Shown here: in pieces, positions 14,901 through 27,597 of the stretch | How positions within the stretch are numbered: the first letter of the stretch is position 1 | Layout of the letters: every line of letters begins with the position of its first letter | NCBI GenBank assembly: GCA_051294375.1 | Contig: CM119268.1 | Location: 6,143,525-6,207,524, forward strand | Source of the DNA: Paraspadella gotoi | Taxonomy: Eukaryota; Animalia; Chaetognatha | DNA: 64,000 bases | Direction of reading: 5' to 3' | The notes under the pieces: generated by a model | Told to the model about the DNA's origin: nothing | Databases searched by the model: none | What the model saw: the letters and a program-made list of their open reading frames with translations, nothing else | Program-made: the position numbers and the translations under genes

Positions 14901-16223
14901 AAATATCAAAAAATAAATAAAATTATTCAATGTCATGAATTTATTTCATCTGAACATCAATACCGATGATGATTCTCCAAATGGCGTCTTAACGAGCGTT
15001 GATCGCAGTAGCTCTTGTCGCAATCTGGGATTTTACACATCCAAGGTTTTTTACTTCGATGGGTCAACAGGTGACCATTTCTGTAAAAGCGAAAGAGATA
15101 ATTATAAATAATTATAAATTGTAAATTATAAATTTAAAATTACTCACAGGTGATCTTGTCTTTTGAACGCTTTGCTGCAAAAAGAGGGAGATGGGACATG
15201 AAAGAAACGATGATAATTAAGCTCACCTGTTTGGCGTTTTTACGGACGAGAGGTGGTGGAATGGCGCCACCTTGTGTTTGCGCTTGTCTGAGAAATATCA
15301 AAAATAAATATAAATATTCAATGTCATGAATTTATTTCATCTGAACATCAATACCGATGATGATTCTCCAAATGGCGTTCTTAACGAGCGTTGATCGCAG
15401 TAGCTCTTGTCGCAATCTGGGATTTTACACATCCAAGGTTTTTTACTTCGTGGGTCAACAGGTGACCATTTCTGTAAAAGCGAAAGAGATAATTATAATA
15501 TAATTATATATTGTAATTATAAATTTAAAATTACTCACCAGGTGATCTTGTCTTTTGAACGCTTTGCTGCAAATGTTGCAAACGTATTTGCGCTCGTCAG
15601 CTGTGCGTCACATTNNNNNNNNNNNNNNNNNNNNNNNNNTGTGCTTCGCCAGTGCGCTGGAATTTCCAAAGGATTTTCCGCATTGCTGAAAGGAAGAAAG
15701 CATAAGACTATTTCACACAAGTGAACTGATATAACCTGGATATAAGGATTCAGATAAAAAAAATGTGGGATGTATCAAATACCTACAGTAATTTTTATTA
15801 CATTTCAAAGATCAGATTATTTTTTCCGATCGACAACTTTGTTTTTTAGGTTGGATATATAAATAAATAAATACAATACTTCAGTCAAGTTCACCTACAC
15901 TTACTTGACATTGCGTGCAGCCTTTTCCGGTTCCAGACTTTTTCTCTCCTTTCCCGCTTTTCTTCTGAGCGACACTTAGAGTGTCCGATGTCGTCGTCGT
16001 CGTCGTTGTCGTCGTCGTCGTCAACAAAGACGACGAAGTCTTTTTGAGCGAAAACGATTCTGTCGAAGGATAGGGCGGAGGTTGATGCTGCGGTTGCTGC
16101 TGCGATTGCTGCTGCGGTTGCTGCTGCGGTTGATGCCGCTGAAGTAGCTGATGTTGCTGCTGAAGTTGTAACTGCTGATGCGGTTGCTGGTGCGTTTGCT
16201 GTTGCTGGTGTAGCATCTCGTCC
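5971..16223 (-). CDS. ZNF541: ZNF541/TRERF1/MIDEAS-family transcriptional co-repressor: Q-rich N-terminus, 3 N-terminal C2H2 fingers, ELM2-SANT, 2 C-terminal C2H2 fingers; more than 20 short exons
   Basis: Hand-spliced exons give CQ|QCGKSFGNSSALAKH (~15905/15640-15685), YVCNICSKAFKRQDHL (~15540-15600) and NGHLLTHRSKKPWMCKIPDCDKSYCDQRSLRRHLENHH (~14963-15080). The family motif PPPPYTPPPMLSPIR is at ~9855-9910. ELM2 is PHINIGIKYQA...FLDLACSAAVKGGSCNKEYALHILQLCNGDLEKAI (8322-8427, 7970-8194). SANT is WTAEDIEAYHQALMKFDKDFFKI|GKEMKQRKTVKQCVEFYYLWKK (7796-7907, 7573-7730). Further fingers are HVCNFPGCTA|IFPSHQALCGHVRVH (6756-6842, 6546-6659) and FPCKICGK|VFAKIRSRSAHMKTH (6293-6351, 5971-6229). The start codon is uncertain (ATG at 16216 or an upstream exon). 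Confidence 0.9.
8459..9312. mobile_element. Tc1/mariner-type non-autonomous DNA transposon (MITE) in a ZNF541-like intron
   Basis: The left end CAGAAAGCTTCATATTATAAAATGTAGTACCCCTTTTTTGTGTCCAGAA matches the reverse complement of the right end (CAGAAGGCTTCATATTATAAAATGTGGTACCCCTTTTTTGTGACCAGAA). Degenerate inverted similarity continues ~200 bp inward. TA flanks both ends (8457-8458, 9313-9314). No transposase ORF. Confidence 0.88.
10098..10444. repeat. Perfect 137-bp inverted repeat with a ~73-bp spacer (fold-back/MITE-like) in a ZNF541-like intron
   Basis: 10098-10234 is the reverse complement of 10308-10444. The spacer contains (GA)n. Confidence 0.9.
14800..15570. repeat. ~390-bp tandem duplication covering ZNF541-like finger exons (probable gap-flank assembly duplication)
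   Basis: 14800-15180 recurs at 15193-15570 with a few indels, immediately before a 25-N gap. Confidence 0.8.
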
Positions 16224-16746
16224 CTGGGGAAAGTTTTGAAACATTTACATCGATGTTAACACAAATATTATTAATAATAATAGTAATAATAATAATAATC
16301 ATAATAATAATAATAATAATAATAAAACATAAGATATGGAACAAAAGATAATATAAAGGGGAAACTGGGTAATATTCATAACTAAAACCCAGGGGCGGCG
16401 AGAGGGGGCTCTAGGGGGAGAAAAAAAGAAGGAAAGAAAAGAATAAAAAAGAAGAAAAAAAAGAAGGAAAAAAGGAATTGACAAGGAATTATTGTCAATT
16501 TTGAGTCATTATGAAAAAAGATTCAGACTGTGCAGATAGTTTAACTGATCAAATTCAACTTAGATCATGCTTGAAGCCAAAGTCAAATCAAGGCCCCTTT
16601 ATTGGTAATGTCCCAACTGTCTCAGGGTTATAGTCCATTTCACTTTTAATGGGGCCCTGTGGCCCTGTGCCCATGTGACCCTTTCAAGCCAGAAAGTCGG
16701 TAATCGAAATCTAAAAAATAANNNNNNNNNNNNNNNNNNNNNNNNN

Positions 16747-18860
16747 TCGTCGTCGTCGGTTCGTCCTCCGACCTGTCGCAGTCGGACGATCATCCGGTTC
16801 AGCCTCTCATAACAATCGTCTTTCAACGTTAGGCGGCGACCGTTCTACGGCCGGGAGAGGCGGTGTGTCAGCACCGCTCAGTGGCGCACACAGAAGCAAC
16901 TTTTCCCCCAAGTAGGTATTTCCGCCGTCGTCTCTCCTAGTCCCGTTGAGGGGATGCAGAACGGAAGTCGGTAGATTTGTTGGCGGGGATGGAACGGGAG
17001 AGACGGCGGCTGCGGCAGCGGCGGCGGCAAGCGGGCTGCGGTGGTCAAGTTGCATGTTACACGTGGCAGATTTGAGTCTTTTTAAAGAATATTTTGTATT
17101 TAATTTGTGAATTCGACCATTTTTAAATTAAATTAAATCAAAACTTTTATTTTTTTTCCACTCCGTGCGATTTTTTCTTTTTTCGGCCGAAGTTTCAGTA
17201 TCAAACCTGCCAGCAGAATGAACGGATGCGAGCATCAGATGATACTTCAGGTTTAAAAATGAATTAAAAATGAGAAAAATTATTAGTGAAAAAAAAAAAA
17301 TTCATCGTGTTATAAATTATCCGCGGTCGTACTTCCGAGTTTTCGTTCGAATTTCGCAGGAAATCCGCGATGGAAACCGCCGTTTGGAACGAGAGCATGA
17401 ATCGCGGAGGCGTGGATATCTGGAGGGTAGTGAGAGAGAGAAGAGAGGAGAGAGAGCAGATAGAGAGAGAGGAGAGAGAGAATGGAGAGACGAGAGAGGA
17501 GATGAGAGAGGAGAGTAGAGAGATGAGCAGGCAGACCATTAGAGGAGCCAGAGAAGAGAGAGACGCAGACGAGAAAGAACCAAAGGAATTTTGATTGCAA
17601 TGAAGTATTGCTTATGGTCTGATCTTGCTTTGACTGATGGACTGAAAAGACCATGAATACTACAAATATGAATGAATGAATGAATGATATGAATGAATGA
17701 ATGAATTCAATCAATCCAATCAATCAATCAATCAACTCAATCAATTCAATCAATCAATCAATTCAATCATATCAATCAATCAATCAAACTCCAATCCATC
17801 GATTTTTTAAATAATCAAAACAGTAATTAAATAAACTCAGTTTTATTCATTCAAATTATGATCTTTTAGTCGAATAGTTTACTGCAATCAAATCGCGGAG
17901 ATAGAATAACTAACTACGTAATAAATCAATACTTCAATTCATAATAAATGAATAACTTCAATTCAATTTTTACTTCCCAATTTCAATCTGCAAATCAATC
18001 AATCAATCAAATCTTCAAATTCCAGGAACAATGCGCCATCGGCCTTGCATCTCCATTCCAGTTCTGAATTTGCTCACCGCGATACTTCGATCTGCTCTCT
18101 TTCTCACCTTACCAGGATCAATTACGTACAAGGTGAGTTTAAAACTTTTTTATATTATTATCTAGCATAATACTATCGATTAGCCGTTTTTTTTTCTCTT
18201 TCCCCCTCTTCTCAATTTCCCTTTTTCCCCTTTCTCCCTTCTCTTTCTCCCTCTCCTTTTTTCCGCTTTTCCTTTTTCCCCTTTCTCGATATCCCTTGCC
18301 CTCTTTCCCTCTTCTCCTTTTCCTCTATTTCCCATTTCCCCCTTTTTTTTCCATTTCCTTCTTTCCCTTTTCCATTTCCCGTTTTTTACTCTCTCACCCC
18401 CTCTCTTTCCCTTTCCCCCCCTTCTTTCCTCTTTCCCCATCCTCAAATTTCCAGCGAACTTCCACCTCCCTAAGACGCCTCCTTCCTTCCGCCTGCCAAA
18501 TAGAACGACCTCGACGCCGCGCGGCTGTCTGCGGCGCCGCCCAGCGGACGTCGTGCGTAATCCCGTTCCCCAGCGAGCCGCAAAGCGAAACTTCCTTCCC
18601 TGATCGGGCCTTCCACGAACACGCAACGCTTAGTCGTGTTCGTCAAAAATCTCGCCGCGAAGACTATTTCGCCGCTCAGTACATTCAGCCAATCGCCCGT
18701 AAAACGCGTCGGAGCAAAAATTGCTGAAGGTGCAGGTATTTTTTGGCAAACGGTGCTGGGGGCGGGGGGTCTCTAGCTGAGTTTAAAGCAGGGGCGGCGA
18801 GAAAAATGGCGGGCCCCTCCACTGGCCCCCTGGCCAGGATCCCCCCCGCCTCCTCCATAA
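16747..18860. repeat. Noisy inverted copy of ~25400-27590
   Basis: Shared landmarks in reverse complement: ggccgaagtttcagtatcaa, (aatc)n, tcttcaaattccagg, gggcccctccactggcccc. Dense indels. Confidence 0.85.
18025..18735 (+). CDS. Possible two exons of an unidentified gene, the first signal-peptide-like; second copy on the - strand at ~25510-26215
   Basis: ttccag|...aag|gtgag brackets 18025-18131. Merging the two noisy copies gives ..HLHPVLNLLTAILRFALFLTITGSIRK. A second GC-rich exon-like block follows a polypyrimidine tract (tttccag| at ~18455). The frames cannot be fixed because of indels. Confidence 0.3.
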
Positions 18861-18999
18861 TATTTTAAACACGATGAATATTTTTTTTTCGCTAATAATT
18901 TTTTCTCATTTTTAATTCATTTTTAAACCTGAGTATCATCTTGATGCTGCATCCGTTCATTCTGCTGCAGTTGATACTGAAACTTCGGGCCGAAAAAAA

Positions 19000-21900
19000 A
19001 AAAAGAAGAGGAGATAAATAAGAAAGTGAGAGAGAGGGAGGAGACTGCAGAGAGAGAGAAAGGAGAGAGAAGAGAAACTTCAACGCAAGATAGGGGATTG
19101 TAATGCTACTACCTCCACCGTCCTTCTTCCTCATCCTCACTATTCTTTTATTTGTAAACTAAATGCTATCTTTACCATCGACCCACCAATTTCCTACTGG
19201 CCCTTGCGAACTAATGAAACCAGCTGGTTTGAGATGACCTTGAGGTCTAAATATGCTTACGCACTGTATTCCACACAAATCGATGTTTTTGTCTTTTATG
19301 CAAAACTAACCGCTCGGTGCATGAGGATGAGCACGAACCTCTAAACAATCAAATCTAGAAAAACATGTTTTTGCAAACTAACACAAAAGTTCTATTCCAA
19401 ACTTTTGTAGTAACCATAGCATCCAGCCGGTCGCGCTCTGGATTGAATTTACGAGATTTGAATTCAACATGACTCCGAGACCGCTCGAGTCCAAGAGATA
19501 AAACATTTTTGACCAGCCTTTAACACTTGGAGACGCATTTTATGCGATTTAATCTTTCAAGTAATAAGTATTGGCAAGGACTTAGGTGTGCTTTCTCTCT
19601 TTTTGGTGTTACATGTCCTAAACATCTGCTATTCTTAAATTATCAGGCAACCTGCAGAGGCAGCTGGCCGATGCTAGCTGCTGGCAGCGCCTCCGCTCAC
19701 ATAATCCTACGTCGGCATCTGAGAACGAAGATGGGAAAGGCGAGAGAATTGACGTTGGGGGGAATGTGAAAGAGATGGGAAGGAACGCGTGTTTTCGCTA
19801 TCAAGCCTGAAATACGAAAAACAGTAAAACAGCTTGAAAGAGTAAAAGAGGTTACAGGGATGGATTGTGCAAATAATGTTTGGGAAACGTCCTTGAAGTA
19901 TCAATGTAAAAATGCAGCAAATAAAGTAAAAGTTTGGTCATGTACAAAACACCAAACATAGCTGATATATTTAAAGTCACCTATTGTCGTGGGCGACACA
20001 AAGACAGTCAGGTTCCCAACTATTTTCTCTTTTTTTTCTATCACAGGGATATTTGGGATGGCGTCAGGGTTATGACAAAGCTGATGGTGAACGACAAGGT
20101 TATTGACTGCGTCGCTAATACGAGACTGAGACATTGTTTCATTTTGGATACCTGTCATTATTGGCTCTAACCATTGGTCCTTTCCCGAAGATTCTAGTTG
20201 TCTGTTTCTCCTCCAATTTTTACTATCCTTCTCTCTGACACTTGGATTTCATTTTTCCTGTTTTACTTTATTACTTGGATTTCCTTCAGCGAGAAAAAAT
20301 TCTGTGATGGAATGGTTTATGGAATGCGTTGGTGCGATTAGGCGTCCAAGATCTTGTTGTTGGTTCTTTCCATCAGACCAAAGATTAAAGGTGATCAAAG
20401 CCAACTGGTTCTGGAATCGAGACAAGATTTTTCAATGGCGTCAGCTTTCTGCGTCCGTCTCCATCATGAATGATTTGACTGCGGGAGGCAATGGAGGCCG
20501 AAGTTATTGGTGGAGGAAGTGAAGGAGGAGGGAAAGAGGCAGACAAGATTCGTATCCGCATGAGACTAGTGGGCCTTTTCATCCTCCAACAAGATCAGCT
20601 GACAAATATAAGGATATTTGATGTATCAAAGACTTTGTCTTTAATTTTCAAAATAAGAAAATTTTTAAAAAATGAGTATTATTTGATTATCATGGAAATT
20701 CTAAAATGAAATAGGTTATCTTCAAAACAGTTTAAAGTTGTACATTGGTTTCATAAACTGAAAGAATGCAAATCTAAATTGATGAAATTAGGTACAACCC
20801 AAGTTAACAAAAAAAAATAATAAAAGGAATGTTGAAAATTAAATTTGAATAATAGAATATATATATATATATAAGAGATATGCATTCAGAAGTTATATTA
20901 ATGTACAATCGTTTTACTCGACTTAAAAATTCAGTTCAAGGTTACCTTTCGGTGGCCTTAGAATTAGTTGCCCTGCAACAACTGCTGCAGTGAGAACTAC
21001 CAACTTCAGATGCCTTTTTGTGAAGGTGACGATGACTTTTGTTTGAACGAATTTAGCTTTTGTGTTTGAGTTCATTGTGTGCAAGGGTTTTTTACAGACA
21101 TAATACGGTGCAGATCCTGAAATCGAGAATCAATGAAATGGCCTTGTGATCAGGCAACCGAATTCACAGGAATGGATGTCACAAATCTAAAATCGGGTTT
21201 GTGGTCAGAAGTGAATGGAGCTGCTCGGATCTAAAGACAACTGGGGAGAAAGCTTGGTGGTCGGGTGTGGAACAGATGGTACGGACCGATGAGACAAGTG
21301 AGGATTTGTAGCAGGAAGCGACTGGAACGCAAGGTAAAAGATATTAGGTTTTTGGTACACGAAGTTCGGAAATTCGGCTGTACTCCAAAAGACTTGATTC
21401 TGTTGTCCGTTGTTGTGCCATGCGGGAGATACAGGTAACGCGTTGCCTAAGTGGTTTGTATGAGAGCGGTTTTCTTCTCTATGTTGATCCTCCCTTATGG
21501 AGAGAATAAACATTTGTCCTCTGATAAATCCACAAAAAAAGTTTGAATGTCATATAAAATTAAGAAATTAAAGCCTTTCTTATTGTGATAAATTTTTTGA
21601 TAACATATTTGAAACAAAATCAAAAACCTTTTTCACGAATCCAAGGTGAAGTCTCATGTGTCCGTGAAGAGCGTTGCTGTAGGAAAAGTCTTCTCGCACA
21701 GTGGTAAGCACTCCAGCGGGTAAACATTGAATTAGTAATTTAACATTATAAAAATTTATAGATTACAAAAAATTAGAATAGATGTAATTACTTGAATTAG
21801 GTGGGTGGGCTGAGTCACTGTTTCGAGCCCAAAAGGGTGAGTTATTGCCTTGGATATAAACTTTTTGATTTAGTTATTAAATTAAATTTGTATTTAGATC

Positions 21901-24900
21901 TTTAGTTAATAAATTAACTTTAAACATATTTTCAGATTTTAACTAACCTCTGTATTGAGGCTGGAATCGACTGAATGAGGTTGGGATAACTGATACGACT
22001 GGTTGTTGTTGTGGCTTTTGTTGTTGTTTGTCTCTGTTGTTGTTGATCTCTGGCAATTCTTCAGGGTTGGGGGTGCAACAGGAACTGGAATTTGTCTGGA
22101 ATTTCAACAAATATCTGATATCATTATAATCATTCCTCATCTAATTATTATCCATTGATAATATATTTGTTCGTCAATTCTCAATTGATTTGAATTGTAC
22201 AGTATTTATCAATGTTTTTTTTTATTTTAACTATCTGTAGTAGCCTGTAAGACACACACACAATTGAGAGTTAAGTGTTTGTAGATATGTAGCTTGGCTG
22301 AAGAATTTTGCTTCAATGGTACTATAAGAACATGAATAAATTGTTTAAATATTTGTTTTGTTTAATCTCATAATTTGTAGTATTTATTATCAAAATTTAA
22401 ATAATAAAATTAAAGATTATCGTATTAACTTTTTCCATAAACTTGATTTGGATGCATTAGATGAGGTGATGGTGATCAGTGTGAGAAGACCGACGACGAC
22501 GTGTCTGCATAATTTTTGCAACAAACAAGAACTCGAATTCTGACTCCAATTCGCTTAACAATTGCACCGGGGATGCTGCTCGCCAATCACCCAAAATCTT
22601 GATCCGGATCTCTGCTGAACCGAGATCCCAGCCAACAAAAACGTTTTGCCTAAAATCACGTAAGAGTTTGTGAATGGAATTTTAAAGGAAATATAGCAAA
22701 CAAATGTTTTGATGGCATTACTATTATCTAAAATGCGTAGTTAAAATTGCGTACAACCAACCGTTTGAAAAATAGTCTCTGGTAGGAAAGTGCAGCGGAC
22801 GAATGCGTCATGGGAACCTTGAATTAAGGGACGTCATTTTTTGGACGTAAAGACAAAACTGTTTGGGCTTTTGGCCAATGTTACATGACTGGCAGAGAGA
22901 TGCTGATGGGAGAAAGGTTTTTAAAGAGAAAATGACAGTACATAAAACGCAAGAAGTATAAAAAGGCATATTAAGGATCTAGAGAATTAAAATTTTAAGG
23001 TTATTTATGATTTACAAAAGATAAGCTTGTAGAAAAATATACGGAGGGCAAACTAATTTTTTACCCCGCAGATATTTAAAAATGATTAATAACTCAATTT
23101 TAGAGAACAACAGTTAAAAAATTTTAAAAATGTGAATTAATGGTCTTTAAATCAAAAAATTTAAATAAGTTATTTTACCAAATCTTTAGGTTTTTATATT
23201 AATTTTTTAATACAAGTTCGTAAAAAGTTGATTATTAAATATCAAGGCTCTTATCAAAGCATTAACAACCCACTGCTGTACTACTACCTGAAATAGAATT
23301 ACTGCGAAAGGTTGCTGTTGATTGTAGATGTATGAAGGGGAGGCAATAGGACGTTCTGAGACTAGCCCACTCATAAAATTCTTCATGACCCTAGAAAAAA
23401 GGAGAGTTGGAATAAAAAATAACAAGAACGAATAAGGAATAACTGCTGACTCTACTGTCTTCCCTTTCACATGGCAAAGGCAAAGAGCAAAGGGTCCTAT
23501 TGAAAGAGGCCAAAAGGCAAATGACAAAGGGCATAAGGCCTCCCAATGAAAGAGACCAAACAGCAAACAACATAAGCCTACCATGGACAAGTGGTCGCAA
23601 GTGCAAAAGGTTTCCCAATGACTTTGTCCTTCGTCACCAGTCAATTTTGCCGAATCGACTGGAAGACGCCAAATGCCGGGTTTTCTTCGCGTGATAAGCC
23701 TTTGTAATATTTTAAATCAATATTTTTGGTCAAGTATAAGTATAGGTATAGGAAAATATTAAGTGAGATATGTATTATATAATTTGACTAGTAATTGTGA
23801 CAAGAAAACCAACTTATGGAAGTCGGGACATGAAAGAAATCGATGAAATTAAGCTCACCTGTTTGGCGTTTTTTCTACGAGACGAGAGTGGTGGAATGGC
23901 GGCCCACCTTGTGTTTGCGCTTGGTCTGAAAAATATCAAAAAAAAATAAAATTATCAATGTCATGATTTATTTCATCTGAACATCAATACACGATGATGA
24001 TTCTTCCAAATGGCGTCTTAACGAGCGTTGGGATCGCAGTAGCTCTTGTCGCAATCTGGATTTTACACATCCAAGGTTTTTTACTTCGATGGGGTCAACA
24101 AGGTGACCTTTCTGTAAAAAGCGGAAAGAGATAATTATAAATAATTATAATTGTAATAAATAATTAAAATTACTCACCAGGTGATCTTGTCTTTTTGACG
24201 CTTTGTGCAAATGTTGGCAAACGTATTTGCCTCGTCGCTGTGCGTCAATTTTGCTTCGCCAGTGCGCTGGAATTTCCAAAGGATTTCCGCATTGCTGAAA
24301 GGAAGGAAAAGCATAAGACTATTTCACATCAAGTGAACTGATATAACCTGGATATAAGGATTCAGATAAAAAAAATGTTGGGATGTTATCAATACCTCAG
24401 TAATTTTATTACCATTTCAAAAGATCAGATTATTTTTTTCTGGAACGGACAACTTTGTTTTTTAGGTTGGATATATAAATAGAATAAATACATATACCTT
24501 CTTCAGTCAAGTTCACCTACACTTACTTGACATTGCGTGGCAGCCTTTTCCGGTTCAATTTTTTCTCTCCTTTCCCCGCTTTTCTTCCTGAGGCGACACT
24601 TAGAGTGTCCGATGTCGTCGTCGTCGGGTACGGTTGTCGGGGGTCGGGGGGTCGGTGTCAAACAAGACGACGAAGTCCTTTTTGAGCCGAAAACGATTCT
24701 GTCCGAAAGGATAGGGCGGTAGGTTGGTGCTGCGGCTTGCTGCTGCGATTGCTGCTGCGGTTGCTTGCTATGCGGGTTTGATGCCGCTGAAAGTAAGCTG
24801 ATCGTGCTGGCTGAAGTTGTAACTGCTGATGCGGTTGCCTGGGTGCGTTTGGCTGTTGCTGGTGTAGCATTCTCGTCCCTGGGGAAATTTTGAAACATTT

Positions 24901-25385
24901 ACATCGGATGTTAACACAAAATATTATTAATAATAAAATAGTAATATATTTAATATATCCATAATACATAATAATAAATAATAATAAAACATAAGATATG
25001 GAACAAAAGATAATAGTAAAGGGGAAACTGGGTAATATCATAATAAAACCCAGGGGCGGCGAAGAGGGGGCATCCTAGGGGGAGAAAATAGAGGAAAAAA
25101 GAATAAAAAAGAAGATAAAAGAAGGAAAAAGGAATTGACAAGGAATTATTGGTCAATTTTGAGTCAATTATGAAAAAAAGATTCAGACTTGCAGAAATAG
25201 TTTAGGGACTGATCAAATTCAAACTTAAGATCATGCTTGAAGACAAGTCAAATCAAGGCCCTTTATTTGTAAATGTCCAACTGTCTCAGGGTTATAGTCC
25301 ATTTCACTTTTAATGGGGCCCTGTGGCCCTGTGCCCATGAAGACCCTTTAAGCCAGAAACTCGGTAAGCGAAATCTAAAAAAAAT
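19000..25385 (-). pseudogene. Indel-riddled direct duplicate of ~10205-16720 (5' half of the ZNF541-like gene); most likely an unpolished long read rather than a true pseudogene
   Basis: Collinear with the first copy through exons and introns. The differences are mostly 1-bp insertions and deletions spread evenly, and they break all reading frames. Confidence 0.85.
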
Positions 25386-26445
25386 AAAATGGTATGGAGA
25401 GCGGGGACCTGGCCAGGGGCCAGTGGAGGGGCCCGCCATTTTTCTGCGGGCCGCCCCTGCTTAAACTCACTAGAACCCCCCCCCCCTCCCGTTGCAAAAA
25501 AATTATTACCTCACCTTCCATTTTTCTCCGACGCAGTTTTCGGCGATTGGCTGAATGGTTGAGCAGGCGAAAAGTCTTCGCGCGAGATTTGACGACGAAA
25601 CGATAACGTTCGTTTAGTGACGCCGAACAGGTTTTTAAAGGAAAGTTCGCCTCTCGCTCCTGGGGACGGGATTCGCCGACGCCGCTGGCGGCGCCGCAAA
25701 GACGCCGCTGGGCGCGCCGCAAGACGCCGTCCGCCGTCGATGGTCGTTCCATATTGCAAGTGGAAGAAGGAGGCGTCTGGGAGGTGGAAGTTCGGCTGGA
25801 AATATGAGGAAGGGGGAAAGAGGAAAGGAAAGGGGGGGAAAGGGAAAAGAGGGGTTAGAGAGAAAAAAAGGGAAATGGAAAAGGGAAAGAAGAAAATTGG
25901 GAAAAAAAGGGGGAAATGGGGAATAGGGGAAAGGAGAAGAGGGAAAAGAGGCAAGGGAAATGGAAAGGGGAAAAAGGAAAAAGGGAAAAAGAGCAGAGGG
26001 AGAAAGAGAAAAGGGAGAAAGGGGAAAAGGGAAATTGGAGAGGGGGGAAAGAGAAAAACGGCTTAATGATCAGTATTATGGCTAGATAATAATATAAAAA
26101 AGTTTTAACTCACCTTTACGTATTGATCCTGTAATGGTGAGAAAGAAGAGCAAATCGAAGTATCGCGGGTGAGCAATTCAGAACTGGATGGAGATGACCG
26201 ATCGCATTGGGTTCCTGGAATTTTGAAGATTGATTGATTGATTGATTTGGCAAGATTGAATCGAAAGTAAAAATTGATTGAAAGTTATTATTTAAATTAT
26301 GAAATTGAAGTATTGATTTTATTCGTTTAGTTATTTATTGCGCAGAATTGATTGCAGTAAATATTGATAAAAGTAATTGAATGATAAACTGAAGTTTTTA
26401 ATTACTGTTTTGATTATTTAAAAATTGATGGATGGGGATTGATTG

Positions 26446-26503
<58 letters not shown>

Positions 26504-27214
26504 CATTCATTCATTGATTCATTCATTTTCATTCATTCATTCATTCAATTATTCATTCATTCATTTTGTTACGCTCATCATGGTCCTTTCCAGTCCATCA
26601 GTAAAGCAAGATGCAGCCATAAACAATCTTCATTGCAATCAAATTCTTTGATTTTCTGCTCGTCTCTCTCTCTGCTCTCTCTCTGCTCTCTCTCTGACTC
26701 TCTCTCATCTCTCTCTCTCTCTCTCTACCTCCAGGAATATCCCCCTCCGCGATTCCATCTCTCGTTCCAACCGGTTCCATCCGGATGTTTCCTGCGATTC
26801 GAACAAAAACTCGAAGTCATCGGACCCGCGAAATTTTAAACACGATAATATTTTTTTTCGCTAATAATTTTTTCTCAATTTTTAATTTCAATTTATATAC
26901 TGAGTATCATATAGAGCATACGGTTCATTCCAATCATCTCCTCCCCCCCCTCGGTCCGCACTCCTTCCACTCACCCGCCCCTCCCGAACATTCCCTCAAC
27001 GCTCGCCCATTTTTTCCTCCATTCCCGGTTCCTCCACTACTGCTCCTCCCATCCCTTTATCCACCATCCTCTCCTCCCTCTTTGCTTTCTCTGCTGCTAG
27101 TTGATACTGAAACTTCGGGGCCGAAAAAAAAAAATCGCACGGAGGAAAAAAATAAAGTTTTGAATTTTAATTTATTTAAAATGTCGAAATTCACTAATTA
27201 AATACAAAATTTTT

Positions 27215-27556
27215 TTAAAAAGACCTCAAAATCTGCCACCTGTAAATCAACTTGACACACCGCAGGCCGCCTGCCTGTGGCGCCGCCGCGCCGCGCCGCC
27301 GCCGCTTCGCGTTCCATCCCGCGCAACCACTCATATNNNNNNNNNNNNNNNNNNNNNNNNNCCGCCGCCGCCGCCGCCGCCGCTCCGTTCCATCCCCGCC
27401 AACACTCTACCGACTTCCGGTTCCATCCCCTCGATCGGAGCCATCGCCACGCCCACTGGAGCGGCGCCACAACCGCCTTCTCCGCCGTAGACGTCGCCGC
27501 CTTCGTTGAAGACGTTGTTGAGAGCGGAACCGATGACGTCCGACTGCGACATGGAG

Positions 27557-27597
<41 letters not shown>

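Noticed and set aside
15535-15720. ORF MCEIVLCFLPFSNAENPLEIPAHWRS as a separate protein
   Set aside because: It is an off-frame reading of the ZNF541-like finger exon (QCGKSFGNSSALAKH / YVCNICSKAFKRQDHL).
19000-25385. Genuine ZNF541 paralogue
   Set aside because: Indel-dominated divergence is equal in exons and introns, which fits sequencing error rather than evolution.
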